Positions 1 to 7,062 of a stretch of 17,437 nt of DNA are shown in pieces (the stretch's first letter is position 1; the number at the start of each line of letters is the position of its first letter). Under the pieces are notes generated by a model. The model was not told the DNA's origin. It saw only the letters and a program-made list of their open reading frames with translations, and did no database searches. Both the position numbers and the translations under genes were made by a program. The stretch is taken from positions 1 through 17,437 of the forward strand of contig DATKKD010000011.1 of NCBI GenBank assembly GCA_035543435.1. Reading direction: 5' to 3'. The stretch is from Thermoplasmatota archaeon. Its GTDB lineage: Archaea > Thermoplasmatota > E2 > DHVEG-1.

Positions 1-163
1 CGACCGAGACGTACACAGACCTGGTGGCGCCTTCGGGAGGGATGTTGGTGATGACCAGGATGAACGACGCCGTGGCGCTCTTGAGGTCGTTGACCGGATC
101 CAGCTCTCTGAGGATGATGGCTTTGGCTTGCTCGACCCACGAGGGTGAGAGGAACTTCACCAC
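1..163 (-). CDS. SCP2/sterol-carrier-like domain protein, N-terminal part only (gene runs off the left edge of the window)
   Basis: My own reverse translation of 163..2 gives VVKFLSPSWVEQAKAIILRELDPVNDLKSATASFILVITNIPPEGATRSVYVSV with no stop. The pattern FLS-x-x-W ... charged linker ... hydrophobic beta strand ... PPEG resembles the N-termini of SCP2-domain proteins. Third-codon positions are GC-rich, as in neighbouring genes. GTG codons lie at 163 and 160, just after GAGG (169-166) and the TAG stop of the upstream gene. The ORF is absent from the ORF track because it is partial and under 60 aa. Confidence 0.4.
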   Translation of the reverse strand, partial: MVKFLSPSWVEQAKAIILRELDPVNDLKSATASFILVITNIPPEGATRSVYVSV

Positions 164-168
164 AGCCT

Positions 169-2157
169 CTAGGCTCCCACCACGGTACGGATCATCCCAC
201 CCAGCACCTTGAGTTCTTCATCGGACAGGCCCTGCGGCATCGGATACAGCAACTGCTCTTTTCGGAACATTCCTTTATGGACGACGTACTCGACGGGGAG
301 CAGATCCTTCATCCGTAGCTCCCGCTGTAACGTCTCGATCACAGACTGATTCAGCCGGTTACGCGCATCAGGGTCCAGATGATCGAAGTAGTAGTCATAC
401 TCCAGGAACGCGAACCTGCCTTGGTTGATGAACACGATGAACCCGAGGGCGTGCTCGAGGTGATACTTCAGTGCAACCTCATCAAGCATGGAGGTGAGCG
501 TAAGGATATTCTGCTTGTCAGCGACGAGGTACCCACCCCTCAGGAGAAACATCTTCTGACGCATCAACCTGCTCGGAAGGATCCGGAAGTCATGCAGCCA
601 GACCACGTCGGTCATCTCCGGTTTCGCATACATCTTCTCAAAGAACCCTTGTAAATCCTTGTCGAACTTCTGTGCCATCTGTTTCGGTGACGGGTCGAGT
701 CCCTTCTCAAGATGTTTCCGGAGGGGACCGGCAAAGACCGCCTTCAACGGATTCTCCTCCTTTGAGAGGGCGTTGAGCAACTCACTGTCTTTGAGCGATG
801 CGAGGGCCGGTGAACTGAGCATCAGGGTCTTGAGCATGGGCTGATCGATCACGACATCAGCGAGTTGCTCGACGATCTTCTTTGAGTATGAATCGCAGAT
901 GACATCGACAAGATAGTGCAGTTTGAGGTCGTTTTTCAGGATAGAATCGAAGTCCTCTGCGATCTCGTTCGTCGGGCAGATGAACTCTGAGAGGTACTTG
1001 CTTGACATCAACGTCAAAGACAGACCGATCTTACGTGTGGCAAGGAGCAGTGCAAAGTCAAGGGCATCACCGAGGTGTTCGAAAGGGACAAACAACGCCT
1101 CCTCGTCCTTGAAGATCGGGTGCAGCTTCACCGTCGCCTCGGTGATGATCTTTGACGGCGTGAGCGTAAGGTTCGTGAACCTGTTGTTCGTGGTAAAGGG
1201 ATTCGCCACCCCTTGATCGCTGACATGGGTGATCACGCCCTTCGGGTCGACCAGGGTGAGGTCGATGTAGTTCTCCGGGCCCCCGCCCCAGTTGTTCCCC
1301 CACGGTGAGATGATACCGAAGGTAGTGATATTCGGGCAGACGTGGGCGCTCGCCTCTGCGACGAGCGCACGCAATCCATGCTTATGCGCTGCTTCCTGGA
1401 GCTCGTAGGATGAGATGCCTGCGCCGACCGTCGCGGTCTGGTTCTTCGCATCGATCTGCAGTTTCTTCATCCGCCTGAGATCAAGGATGATGCCTTTCTC
1501 AAGGCTGATCGCTTTCGCGAGGAGCGTGTCAGCGAACAGGGAAAGCAACGTCCCGTTCCCCCGGGGCATGCAGGGGATGTTGCGGGTGCTTGCGTAGCTC
1601 ATGACCGCTGCGATCTCCTCGGTCGTTTCCGGCATGATCACATAGAAATTCGACCCGGCGTTCTCCGTGATCACGGTCTTCGCATACGCCACGATGATCG
1701 CGGGGTCGTTCGAAGCCCACTGCTCCCCGACGAGCGAGCGTAGGTCCCGTAGCGTGTCGTCCTCAGGGATAGATTGGATGTCTTTTTCATCACAATGATT
1801 GACGTACTCTTTGATCGCGTCGCACACCTTCTGCGGGCGCAAGTGCGTGATGAAATGGCACTGCCGGTCGCAGATTCCGCACGACGTGCAGGACTCCGCG
1901 ATCTCGACCAGGGTCTCTGTCGGCCGGAGTCTGCCGTCGTGAAGCGCCTTGAGGATCTCCATCTTCCCCTCAGGCCAGTAGGCTGCGAACCCGTGCTCCA
2001 TCCCTGAAGGGCACAGTCCGGTCCCGAGGAAATCAACCTTGCACATCCCGCAGTGCGTGGCCAGTCGAGCGGTCATCACTGCGTCGTCCAGCTTCTTATT
2101 TTGCACATTTAAAACTTCGTGAGTCACCTGAAAACCCCCACATTGATTTGGAAACAT
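169..2157 (-). CDS. FAD-binding (PCMH / FAD_binding_4-type) oxidoreductase with an N-terminal ferredoxin-like Cys-cluster domain
   Basis: 662-aa ORF. N-terminal Cys motifs are HCGMCKVDFLGTGLCPS (C-x2-C-x9-CP) and CTSCGICDRQC (C-x2-C-x2-C-x3-C). These are followed by a GlcD/FAD-linked-oxidase-like segment, VIMPETTEEIAAVMSYASTRNIPCMPRGNGT, and a long C-terminal substrate-domain-like region. The true start may be internal (Met28 at 2076), because a TATA-like box at 2172-2179 lies very close to the first ATG. Confidence 0.8.
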   Translation of the reverse strand: MFPNQCGGFQVTHEVLNVQNKKLDDAVMTARLATHCGMCKVDFLGTGLCPSGMEHGFAAYWPEGKMEILKALHDGRLRPTETLVEIAESCTSCGICDRQCHFITHLRPQKVCDAIKEYVNHCDEKDIQSIPEDDTLRDLRSLVGEQWASNDPAIIVAYAKTVITENAGSNFYVIMPETTEEIAAVMSYASTRNIPCMPRGNGTLLSLFADTLLAKAISLEKGIILDLRRMKKLQIDAKNQTATVGAGISSYELQEAAHKHGLRALVAEASAHVCPNITTFGIISPWGNNWGGGPENYIDLTLVDPKGVITHVSDQGVANPFTTNNRFTNLTLTPSKIITEATVKLHPIFKDEEALFVPFEHLGDALDFALLLATRKIGLSLTLMSSKYLSEFICPTNEIAEDFDSILKNDLKLHYLVDVICDSYSKKIVEQLADVVIDQPMLKTLMLSSPALASLKDSELLNALSKEENPLKAVFAGPLRKHLEKGLDPSPKQMAQKFDKDLQGFFEKMYAKPEMTDVVWLHDFRILPSRLMRQKMFLLRGGYLVADKQNILTLTSMLDEVALKYHLEHALGFIVFINQGRFAFLEYDYYFDHLDPDARNRLNQSVIETLQRELRMKDLLPVEYVVHKGMFRKEQLLYPMPQGLSDEELKVLGGMIRTVVGA

Positions 2158-2208
2158 TGATAATCAGGCCATGTATAAATGGTTTTTCCCAGGACCCCTG
2201 AAGGCACT

Positions 2209-2898
2209 ATGAAAGGAACCATCGACAGGAATCCGCACCGTCTTTGCACGCTCGATCCAAACGCACCCTGCGCTACGTGTGAAAACAACAACCTGCTTGA
2301 CTGTAAGCTCAACAGAAAACAGACCTTGATCACGACCTCCTTGATTTATTCCTTCATCATCGTCTCACTGCTTGGTTTGTACATCGTCTGTTCCCTCACC
2401 CAGCTGTGGTTGCTCCTCATCGTCTTTGGCGTGTTCGTCCCTCTGTTTTTCCTGGTGATAGAGCCGCGGATCACCTGCAGCCATTGCCCGTACTACGCGG
2501 AAAAACGCGTTCGCTTCAACTGCCCCGGTAACATGCTGACACCGAAGATATGGAAGTACCACCCGGAGCCCATCAACAAGTACGAGCAGGCTGGGACTCT
2601 GGTCGGCTTCATCCTCTTCGGCGCCTACCCGATATTCTCAGAACTGTATGGAATATGGGTGTTCTCCATAGAGGATCTGACCGTCACCGATCCACGACTT
2701 CTCGAGCTGATCGTGATCCTCCTTGTGACCGTCGTCCTCATCGGCGCCCTCTATGCGGTCTTCCTGTTCGTGTTCTGTAAGAAATGTGTGAACTTCTCCT
2801 GCCAGTTCAACAGGGTGCCGAAAGCTGTCGCGGACCGATATATCAAAGCGAACCCGGTGATGCGGGAGGCCTGGGAGAAAAGCGGCTATAAATTGTAA
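2209..2898 (+). CDS. Cys-rich integral membrane protein (4 predicted TM helices), function unknown
   Basis: The ORF-track entry is 2179..2898. I prefer Met11 (ATG 2209) because TGTATAAATG (2171-2180) overlaps the ATG at 2179 and sits about 30 nt upstream of 2209, consistent with a near-leaderless mRNA. Hydrophobic stretches are LITTSLIYSFIIVSLLGLYIV, LWLLLIVFGVFVPLFFLVI, LVGFILFGAYPIFSELYGIWVF and LIVILLVTVVLIGALYAVFLFVF. Ten Cys residues occur in CxxC-type groupings (CATC, CSHCPYY...C, CKKCVNFSC). Confidence 0.6.
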   Translation: MKGTIDRNPHRLCTLDPNAPCATCENNNLLDCKLNRKQTLITTSLIYSFIIVSLLGLYIVCSLTQLWLLLIVFGVFVPLFFLVIEPRITCSHCPYYAEKRVRFNCPGNMLTPKIWKYHPEPINKYEQAGTLVGFILFGAYPIFSELYGIWVFSIEDLTVTDPRLLELIVILLVTVVLIGALYAVFLFVFCKKCVNFSCQFNRVPKAVADRYIKANPVMREAWEKSGYKL

Positions 2899-2925
2899 GA
2901 AAAATGGGGGGAGAAAGAAACCGGG

Positions 2926-3039
2926 TTATTTCAGTCCGAGGACGAACACCCCGAGGAGGTAACCCTGTGCGTTTTTCTGTGCGGACACGTCCTTCGCGCT
3001 GCTGGCGTTGACGTGAACCGTTATTTTCCCGAGGCCCAC
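2926..3039 (-). CDS. Possible small protein (37 aa from GTG; the open frame allows up to about 51 codons), hypothetical
   Basis: My translation is (GTG)MGLGKITVHVNASSAKDVSAQKNAQGYLLGVFVLGLK-TAA. Third-codon positions are strongly GC-rich, as in real genes here. The ORF is followed on its own strand by a pyrimidine-rich/T-run motif (complement of 2898-2922) resembling the one after the chagasin-like gene. There is no clear SD and no ATG, so confidence is low. Confidence 0.25.
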   Translation of the reverse strand: MGLGKITVHVNASSAKDVSAQKNAQGYLLGVFVLGLK

Positions 3040-3115
3040 AGGGAACGGCTTTATCGCTGTCGAGTTCTGTGGGTGATAAACTTCTTATGCTTCTTGGTTA
3101 TTTTTATACGTCGGT

Positions 3116-3934
3116 ATGAAAAAACCTCCAGTCTTTGCCGTGTTTCTCGAAAAAGGGTTTCCGCTCAGGTTCCTCATCGCGAAAATGACCAGGGTGCCGC
3201 CCATGAAACGAGTGCTGAACCATCTTCTGTTTTCTCAGACGAACCTGACGTATCTTGTCAAAGACTCTGTCGTGGAAATCTCGGTGAACCAGTCATTCCA
3301 ATCACCTGACAGCATGGTGCTTCCCTCGCAAGTCGTCGATCGTTTCATTCATGGCGCGTCGCATCGGTTCATCATGGATTTCTGCATCTGCCGTCAGGCG
3401 ATGCACTGTAAGAACCATCCAGAGGAGCTCGGTTGCTTGTTCCTCGGTGACGCGGTCAAAGAGATCGACCCGGCCTACGGCAGGGAGGTCAGCCTTGAGG
3501 AGGCGCTTGCGCATGTTCAGAAGTGCAGGCAGTCAGGGCTTATTCATCTCATCGGTAGGGACCAGATTGATAAAACCTGGCTTCAGGTGAAACACGGCGA
3601 GAAACTCATGACCATTTGCAACTGCTGCAGCTGCTGCTGCCTCTGGAAGTGGCTGCCGGAGCTGGATCCTTCGATCCGGGCGAAAGTGAAACGGATGCCA
3701 GGGGTCACTGTGTATGTATCAGAGGATTGCACTGGATGTGGGGCCTGCGTCGACACCTGTTTCATGCATGCGATCGGGTTTCAGAACGGTAAGGCCACCA
3801 TCAGTGACGAGTGCCGAGGGTGCGGCCGGTGTCTTGACGTCTGTCCCCAGCACGCGATCCACCTCCGCATCGATGATGACCGGTTCTTCGATCAGACCAT
3901 CGATCGTGTTGCCTCAGCCGTCGATAGCACGTGA
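3116..3934 (+). CDS. Fe-S protein: Cys-rich N-terminal domain plus a C-terminal 2x[4Fe-4S] ferredoxin-type domain
   Basis: 272-aa ORF. The C-terminus carries two canonical motifs, CTGCGACVDTC and CRGCGRCLDVCP. The upstream domain has CICRQAMHC...GCLFLG and the unusual run CNCCSCCCLW. The start is uncertain (alternatives Met24 at 3185 and Met30 at 3203), because TTATTTTTATA (3098-3108) is very close to the ATG at 3116. Confidence 0.75.
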   Translation: MKKPPVFAVFLEKGFPLRFLIAKMTRVPPMKRVLNHLLFSQTNLTYLVKDSVVEISVNQSFQSPDSMVLPSQVVDRFIHGASHRFIMDFCICRQAMHCKNHPEELGCLFLGDAVKEIDPAYGREVSLEEALAHVQKCRQSGLIHLIGRDQIDKTWLQVKHGEKLMTICNCCSCCCLWKWLPELDPSIRAKVKRMPGVTVYVSEDCTGCGACVDTCFMHAIGFQNGKATISDECRGCGRCLDVCPQHAIHLRIDDDRFFDQTIDRVASAVDST

Positions 3935-3950
3935 TATGATAGTGTGACAC

Positions 3951-4967
3951 TCAGAAAAGGGCCGGTAGCAGGAAGGACCGAAAGACGGAATGGAGATACA
4001 GGTTGTTGGCGCCATCCCCGATTTTTTGGAGAGCTCTGCCCGCTTTGAGGAACGTTTTTCCTATCAGATCCCACATCAGGAATTCCTGTTTGATGAGAGG
4101 TGGATAGCGCTGTGGTTTTTCCGAGGCGATGCAGCGCGCCGCGATGATGCCGCTTAGGATTGCACGGGGCGTGCCTTCACCGCTAAAGGGGAAGGTCCCG
4201 ACGCCCGCATCCCCGACGAAAACGATGTTGTCATGTCGCAACGGTTTTTGCAACCCGATGGGGATTAACCCACCGGTGACATGGTTCACGACCCCTTGGA
4301 TACCCAACTCCTGTTTGAATGCTGACAGCAGCTCCTTGGGGCTGCCGTAGGACGGATCCAGAACCCCAATGCCTAGATTGATTTCTCTTTTCGCAGTATC
4401 GCGGGGGAAAATCCAATAGTACCCTAGGGAATTTTTGAAAAAAAATCGTACCGTGTCCGCTAAAAACACGTTGGCCTCCTCGAGCGTCTGCTGGTAGCTT
4501 TTTGCCGCCCTCTCGACGGGAAACCCCAGATCCTTGCGAAGGAGGCTGGGGCATCCAGAGGCATCGACGATGTAGTGACCATCGAGCTGCGAGACTTTGG
4601 TGATGGCGTTATGGGTACGCACGTCCACCCCGAGCTCTTGTGCCTGGCTACCGAGACGGGCGATGAACCTCTGCTTGTTGATAATCACTGTCGCAAGCAA
4701 GCGGGGGTCGATGGGTGGGTTGTACGACGTCCCCCCAAGGACGAGCTCCTGGTCCTTGATGACCGTGTAGACGCAGTCGCTCGGGGGCCCCCATTCCGGG
4801 AGGTCTGGGTACCAGATGTACCCCTCCGCGCAGCGTCTTCCTTCGGGGTTATACCCGATGGTGCGGTGTTTTTCATGCACGGTCACCGCGATGCTCTTAT
4901 CGAGGCGCCTGAGAGTTATCGCGGTGCTGAGGCCGCCAACACCGCCTCCAACGATATCGACGTAAAT
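3951..4967 (-). CDS. Geranylgeranyl-reductase-family (FixC/COG0644-like) FAD-dependent oxidoreductase; start extended relative to the ORF track
   Basis: The ORF-track entry 3951..4886 begins at a GTG and lacks a dinucleotide-binding motif. Reading the same frame 27 codons further upstream gives (ATT)YVDIVGGGVGGLSTAITLRRLDKSIA, a typical Rossmann GxGxxG N-terminus. Family-like motifs downstream are RRCAEG, GYYWIFPR...INLGIGV and FVGDAGVGTFPFSGEG. The upstream limit is an in-frame TGA at 4976-4974. The only plausible initiator is ATT at 4967-4965, six nt after AGGTGATC (4979-4972). Confidence 0.75.
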   Translation of the reverse strand: MYVDIVGGGVGGLSTAITLRRLDKSIAVTVHEKHRTIGYNPEGRRCAEGYIWYPDLPEWGPPSDCVYTVIKDQELVLGGTSYNPPIDPRLLATVIINKQRFIARLGSQAQELGVDVRTHNAITKVSQLDGHYIVDASGCPSLLRKDLGFPVERAAKSYQQTLEEANVFLADTVRFFFKNSLGYYWIFPRDTAKREINLGIGVLDPSYGSPKELLSAFKQELGIQGVVNHVTGGLIPIGLQKPLRHDNIVFVGDAGVGTFPFSGEGTPRAILSGIIAARCIASEKPQRYPPLIKQEFLMWDLIGKTFLKAGRALQKIGDGANNLYLHSVFRSFLLPALF

Positions 4968-5010
4968 TTCAGATCACCTAACTAAGTTGTTACGTCTGGT
5001 ATTATTCAGC

Positions 5011-5042
5011 TTATTAATCATTTTTCTTCATGGATTATAAGC
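5011..5042 (-). promoter_or_regulatory. Candidate archaeal TATA region for the GGR-family gene
   Basis: On the minus strand this region reads CGCTTATAATCC and GATTAATAAG, which lie 45-75 nt upstream of the proposed ATT start. A T5 run further upstream on the minus strand (CTATCTTTTTCGC, about 5046-5050) could terminate the tRNA-Gln(UUG) transcript. Confidence 0.3.
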
Positions 5043-5098
5043 GAAAAAGATAGACAACCATGAGAATCGCGCATCAACGCCTGCTTCACTTTTCAAGA

Positions 5099-5169
5099 CA
5101 GCCCCGGGCGGATTTGAACCGCCGACGTTGGCTCCAAAGGCCAAAATGTTGCCACTACACCACGGGGCT
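5099..5169 (-). tRNA. tRNA-Gln(UUG): tRNA-Gln, anticodon UUG; 71 nt including discriminator G73; no encoded CCA; no intron
   Basis: The reverse complement folds as AGCCCCG TG GTGT AGTGGCA ACAT T TTGGC CTTTGGA GCCAA CGTC GGCGG TTCAAAT CCGCC CGGGGCT G. It has a 7-bp acceptor stem, a 4-bp D stem, a 5-bp anticodon stem with a 7-nt loop (U33, anticodon TTG), and a 5-bp T stem with a TTCAAAT loop. Confidence 0.9.
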
Positions 5170-5195
5170 ATACTTCGGTATCCGGGATTCCTTGA

Positions 5196-5205
5196 TTTTA
5201 TTTAA
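5196..5205 (-). promoter_or_regulatory. TATA box for tRNA-Gln(UUG)
   Basis: The minus strand reads TTAAATAAAA, centred about 31 nt upstream of the mature tRNA 5' end (5169). This fits the archaeal TATA-to-TSS distance with a very short leader. It lies in the 67-nt spacer after the glnS stop. Confidence 0.5.
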
Positions 5206-5236
5206 CTCTATGCATTGGGACCACGTGTTGATCCGA

Positions 5237-6928
5237 TTATTTCGCCTGCCCTGCCTTCTGCAATTTCGCCCAGGTGTCACGCAGCTCCACCGTCCTGTTG
5301 ATGACCAGGTTGTTTGTGGTGCTGTCAGGGTCGACGCAGAAGTACCCGAGGCGTTCGAACTGGAAACGGTCGAATGGCTTCAGGTGGCTTACCGCTGGTT
5401 CCACCTTGCAACCAGAGAGCTTTTCGAGCGACTGCGGGTTGAGGAACTCTTTGAACTCCCTGCCTTTCTCACCGGTCGGGTCTTTGACGGTGAACAGCCG
5501 GTCGTACAGCCGCACCTCCGCGGTGGCCGCGTGGCTCTCAGAGACCCAATGGATCGTTGACTTGACTTTCCTGCCGTCAGCCGCGTACCCTCCTTTGGTC
5601 GCGGGGTCGTAGCTGCAGTGGAGCTCCATGACGCGCCCGTCTTTTTTCACCACGCTTGTGCATTTGATGAAATAGGCGTATCGCAAACGTACCTCTCGGC
5701 CTGGTGCGAGCCGGTAGAAATCCTTCGGTGGGTTCTCCATGAAGTCGTCCTGTTCGATGAACAACGTCTGAGCAAAGGGGATCGTGCGCGACCCCATCGC
5801 TGGGTCCTCGGGGTTGTTTACGGCCTCAAGCTCCTCCGTGTGAGCCGCCGGGTAGTTATCGATGATGACCCTGAGCGGGTGGAGCACACCCATGTACCGA
5901 GGCGAGGTCTTGTTCAGGTCCTCCCTGATGCAGTGTTCGAGGAACTCGATGTCGACGATGCTGTTGAACTTCGCGACGCCGATGCGTTTGCAGAACGTCC
6001 TGATCGCGGACGGAGAGTACCCGCGCCTGCGCATCCCGCTGATGGTGGGGAGCCGCGGGTCGTCCCAGCCTGAGACGAGCTTTGCGTCCACGAGCTGCAG
6101 CAGCAGCCGTTTGCTCATGACCGTGAAGGTGAGGTTGAGTCGTGCGAACTCTATCTGCTGCGGGTGGTACACCCCGAGCGCGTCCAGGAACCAGTCGTAG
6201 AGCGGGCGGTGGTTCTCGAACTCGAGCGTGCAGATGGAATGTGTGATGCCTTCGATGGAATCCTCCAGTCCGTGCGCCCAGTCGTACATCGGGTAGATGC
6301 ACCACTTGTCGCCGGTCCGATGGTGGGACGCATGCAGGATCCGGTACATCACTGGGTCGCGCATGTTGAGGTTCGGGTCCGCCATTTCGATTTTTGCACG
6401 CAGTACCTTCTCGCCGTCGCCGAATTCCCCTGCTTTCATCCGTTCGAGTAGCTCGAGGTTCTCCTCGACGGGTCGATCGCGGAACGGGCTGTTCCTCCCG
6501 GGTTTGGTGAGCGTCCCTCGGTAGTCGGTGATCTGGTCCGCGGTGAGGTCGTCGACGTACGCCTTGCCGTCTTTGACGAGGTGCACCGCGTACTCGTACA
6601 TCTGGTCGAAGTAATCGGAGGCGAAGAACAGGCGGTCCTGCCAATCGAACCCGAGCCATTTGACGTTGTCGATGATGGAGCGGACGTACTCCTCTTCCTC
6701 TTTCGCGGGGTTCGTGTCATCAAAGCGGAGGTTGCAGAGGCCCTTGTATTCCTGGGCGATGCCGAAGTTGAGGCAGATGGATTTCGCATGGCCGATGTGG
6801 AGGTACCCGTTTGGTTCTGGGGGGAACCTGGTGTGCACCCTGCCTTGGTACTTGTTGGTTCTGAGGTCTTCATCGATGATGTCTCTGATAAAATCCTTGG
6901 TAGCTGTCTCGGTTGATTCCATAGCCAT
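5237..6928 (-). CDS. glnS: Glutaminyl-tRNA synthetase (GlnRS), bacterial type
   Basis: 563-aa ORF. It is near-colinear with the E. coli GlnRS sequence as I remember it: N-terminal [10 protein letters not shown]; [41 protein letters not shown] (HIGH motif); [11 protein letters not shown]; THSICTLEF; [11 protein letters not shown] (the KMSKS equivalent); [18 protein letters not shown]; [14 protein letters not shown]; LYDRLF; and C-terminal [12 protein letters not shown]...[12 protein letters not shown]. These strings distinguish GlnRS from archaeal or bacterial GluRS. Confidence 0.95.
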   Translation of the reverse strand: MAMESTETATKDFIRDIIDEDLRTNKYQGRVHTRFPPEPNGYLHIGHAKSICLNFGIAQEYKGLCNLRFDDTNPAKEEEEYVRSIIDNVKWLGFDWQDRLFFASDYFDQMYEYAVHLVKDGKAYVDDLTADQITDYRGTLTKPGRNSPFRDRPVEENLELLERMKAGEFGDGEKVLRAKIEMADPNLNMRDPVMYRILHASHHRTGDKWCIYPMYDWAHGLEDSIEGITHSICTLEFENHRPLYDWFLDALGVYHPQQIEFARLNLTFTVMSKRLLLQLVDAKLVSGWDDPRLPTISGMRRRGYSPSAIRTFCKRIGVAKFNSIVDIEFLEHCIREDLNKTSPRYMGVLHPLRVIIDNYPAAHTEELEAVNNPEDPAMGSRTIPFAQTLFIEQDDFMENPPKDFYRLAPGREVRLRYAYFIKCTSVVKKDGRVMELHCSYDPATKGGYAADGRKVKSTIHWVSESHAATAEVRLYDRLFTVKDPTGEKGREFKEFLNPQSLEKLSGCKVEPAVSHLKPFDRFQFERLGYFCVDPDSTTNNLVINRTVELRDTWAKLQKAGQAK

Positions 6929-6954
6929 CTCCCACTTCCTCGAGGTGTGGTGGA

Positions 6955-7026
6955 CAGCCCCGACCAGATTCGAACTGGTGTTTAGAGATCCAGAGTCTCT
7001 TGTGCTAACCGCTGCACCACGGGGCT
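6955..7026 (-). tRNA. tRNA-Gln(CUG): tRNA-Gln, anticodon CUG; 72 nt including discriminator G73; no encoded CCA; no intron
   Basis: The reverse complement folds as AGCCCCG TG GTGC AGCGGTTA GCAC A AGAGA CTCTGGA TCTCT AAAC ACCAG TTCGAAT CTGGT CGGGGCT G. This is a canonical cloverleaf with anticodon CTG. Its 3' end lies only 26 nt upstream of the glnS ATG. Confidence 0.9.
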
Positions 7027-7062
7027 ACGGTGTTTCGTGCACACCGGAAGAGAAAACACCTC

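Noticed and set aside
24-212. A 62-aa plus-strand ORF at the left edge.
   Set aside because: It spans the junction of two minus-strand genes (the FAD oxidase stop and the SCP2-like start) and is antisense to both. It has no signals and unremarkable composition.
4974-4976. An in-frame TGA upstream of the GGR-family Rossmann motif, considered as selenocysteine or readthrough that would join the upstream ATG (5020) to the gene.
   Set aside because: The 15 residues it would add (MINKLNNTRRNNLVR) are AT-rich leader-like sequence, and Rossmann N-termini normally start within a few residues of the first beta strand. The TGA lies inside a perfect SD (AGGTGATC). I see no SECIS-like hairpin, although I cannot rule one out without folding software. 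An ATT start or a lost start codon is the simpler explanation.
5060-6916. Many long alternative-frame and antisense ORFs overlapping glnS (for example 5856-6659 minus 267 aa, 6436-6873 minus 145 aa, 5618-6073 plus 151 aa, 5060-5560 plus 166 aa).
   Set aside because: Their translations are Arg/Pro/Ala/Thr-rich low-complexity strings typical of off-frame reading of a GC-rich gene. The glnS frame is unambiguous, with motif-for-motif resemblance to GlnRS. ORF 5060-5560 also runs straight across the tRNA-Gln(UUG) gene.
5099-7026. The tRNA-flanked glnS considered as an integrated mobile element (tRNA genes are common integration sites).
   Set aside because: There is no integrase or transposase, and I could find no duplicated tRNA 3'-half (att-like direct repeat) elsewhere in the window. 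The GC content and codon style of glnS match the neighbouring genes. HGT remains likely but ancient, and I cannot call a mobile element.
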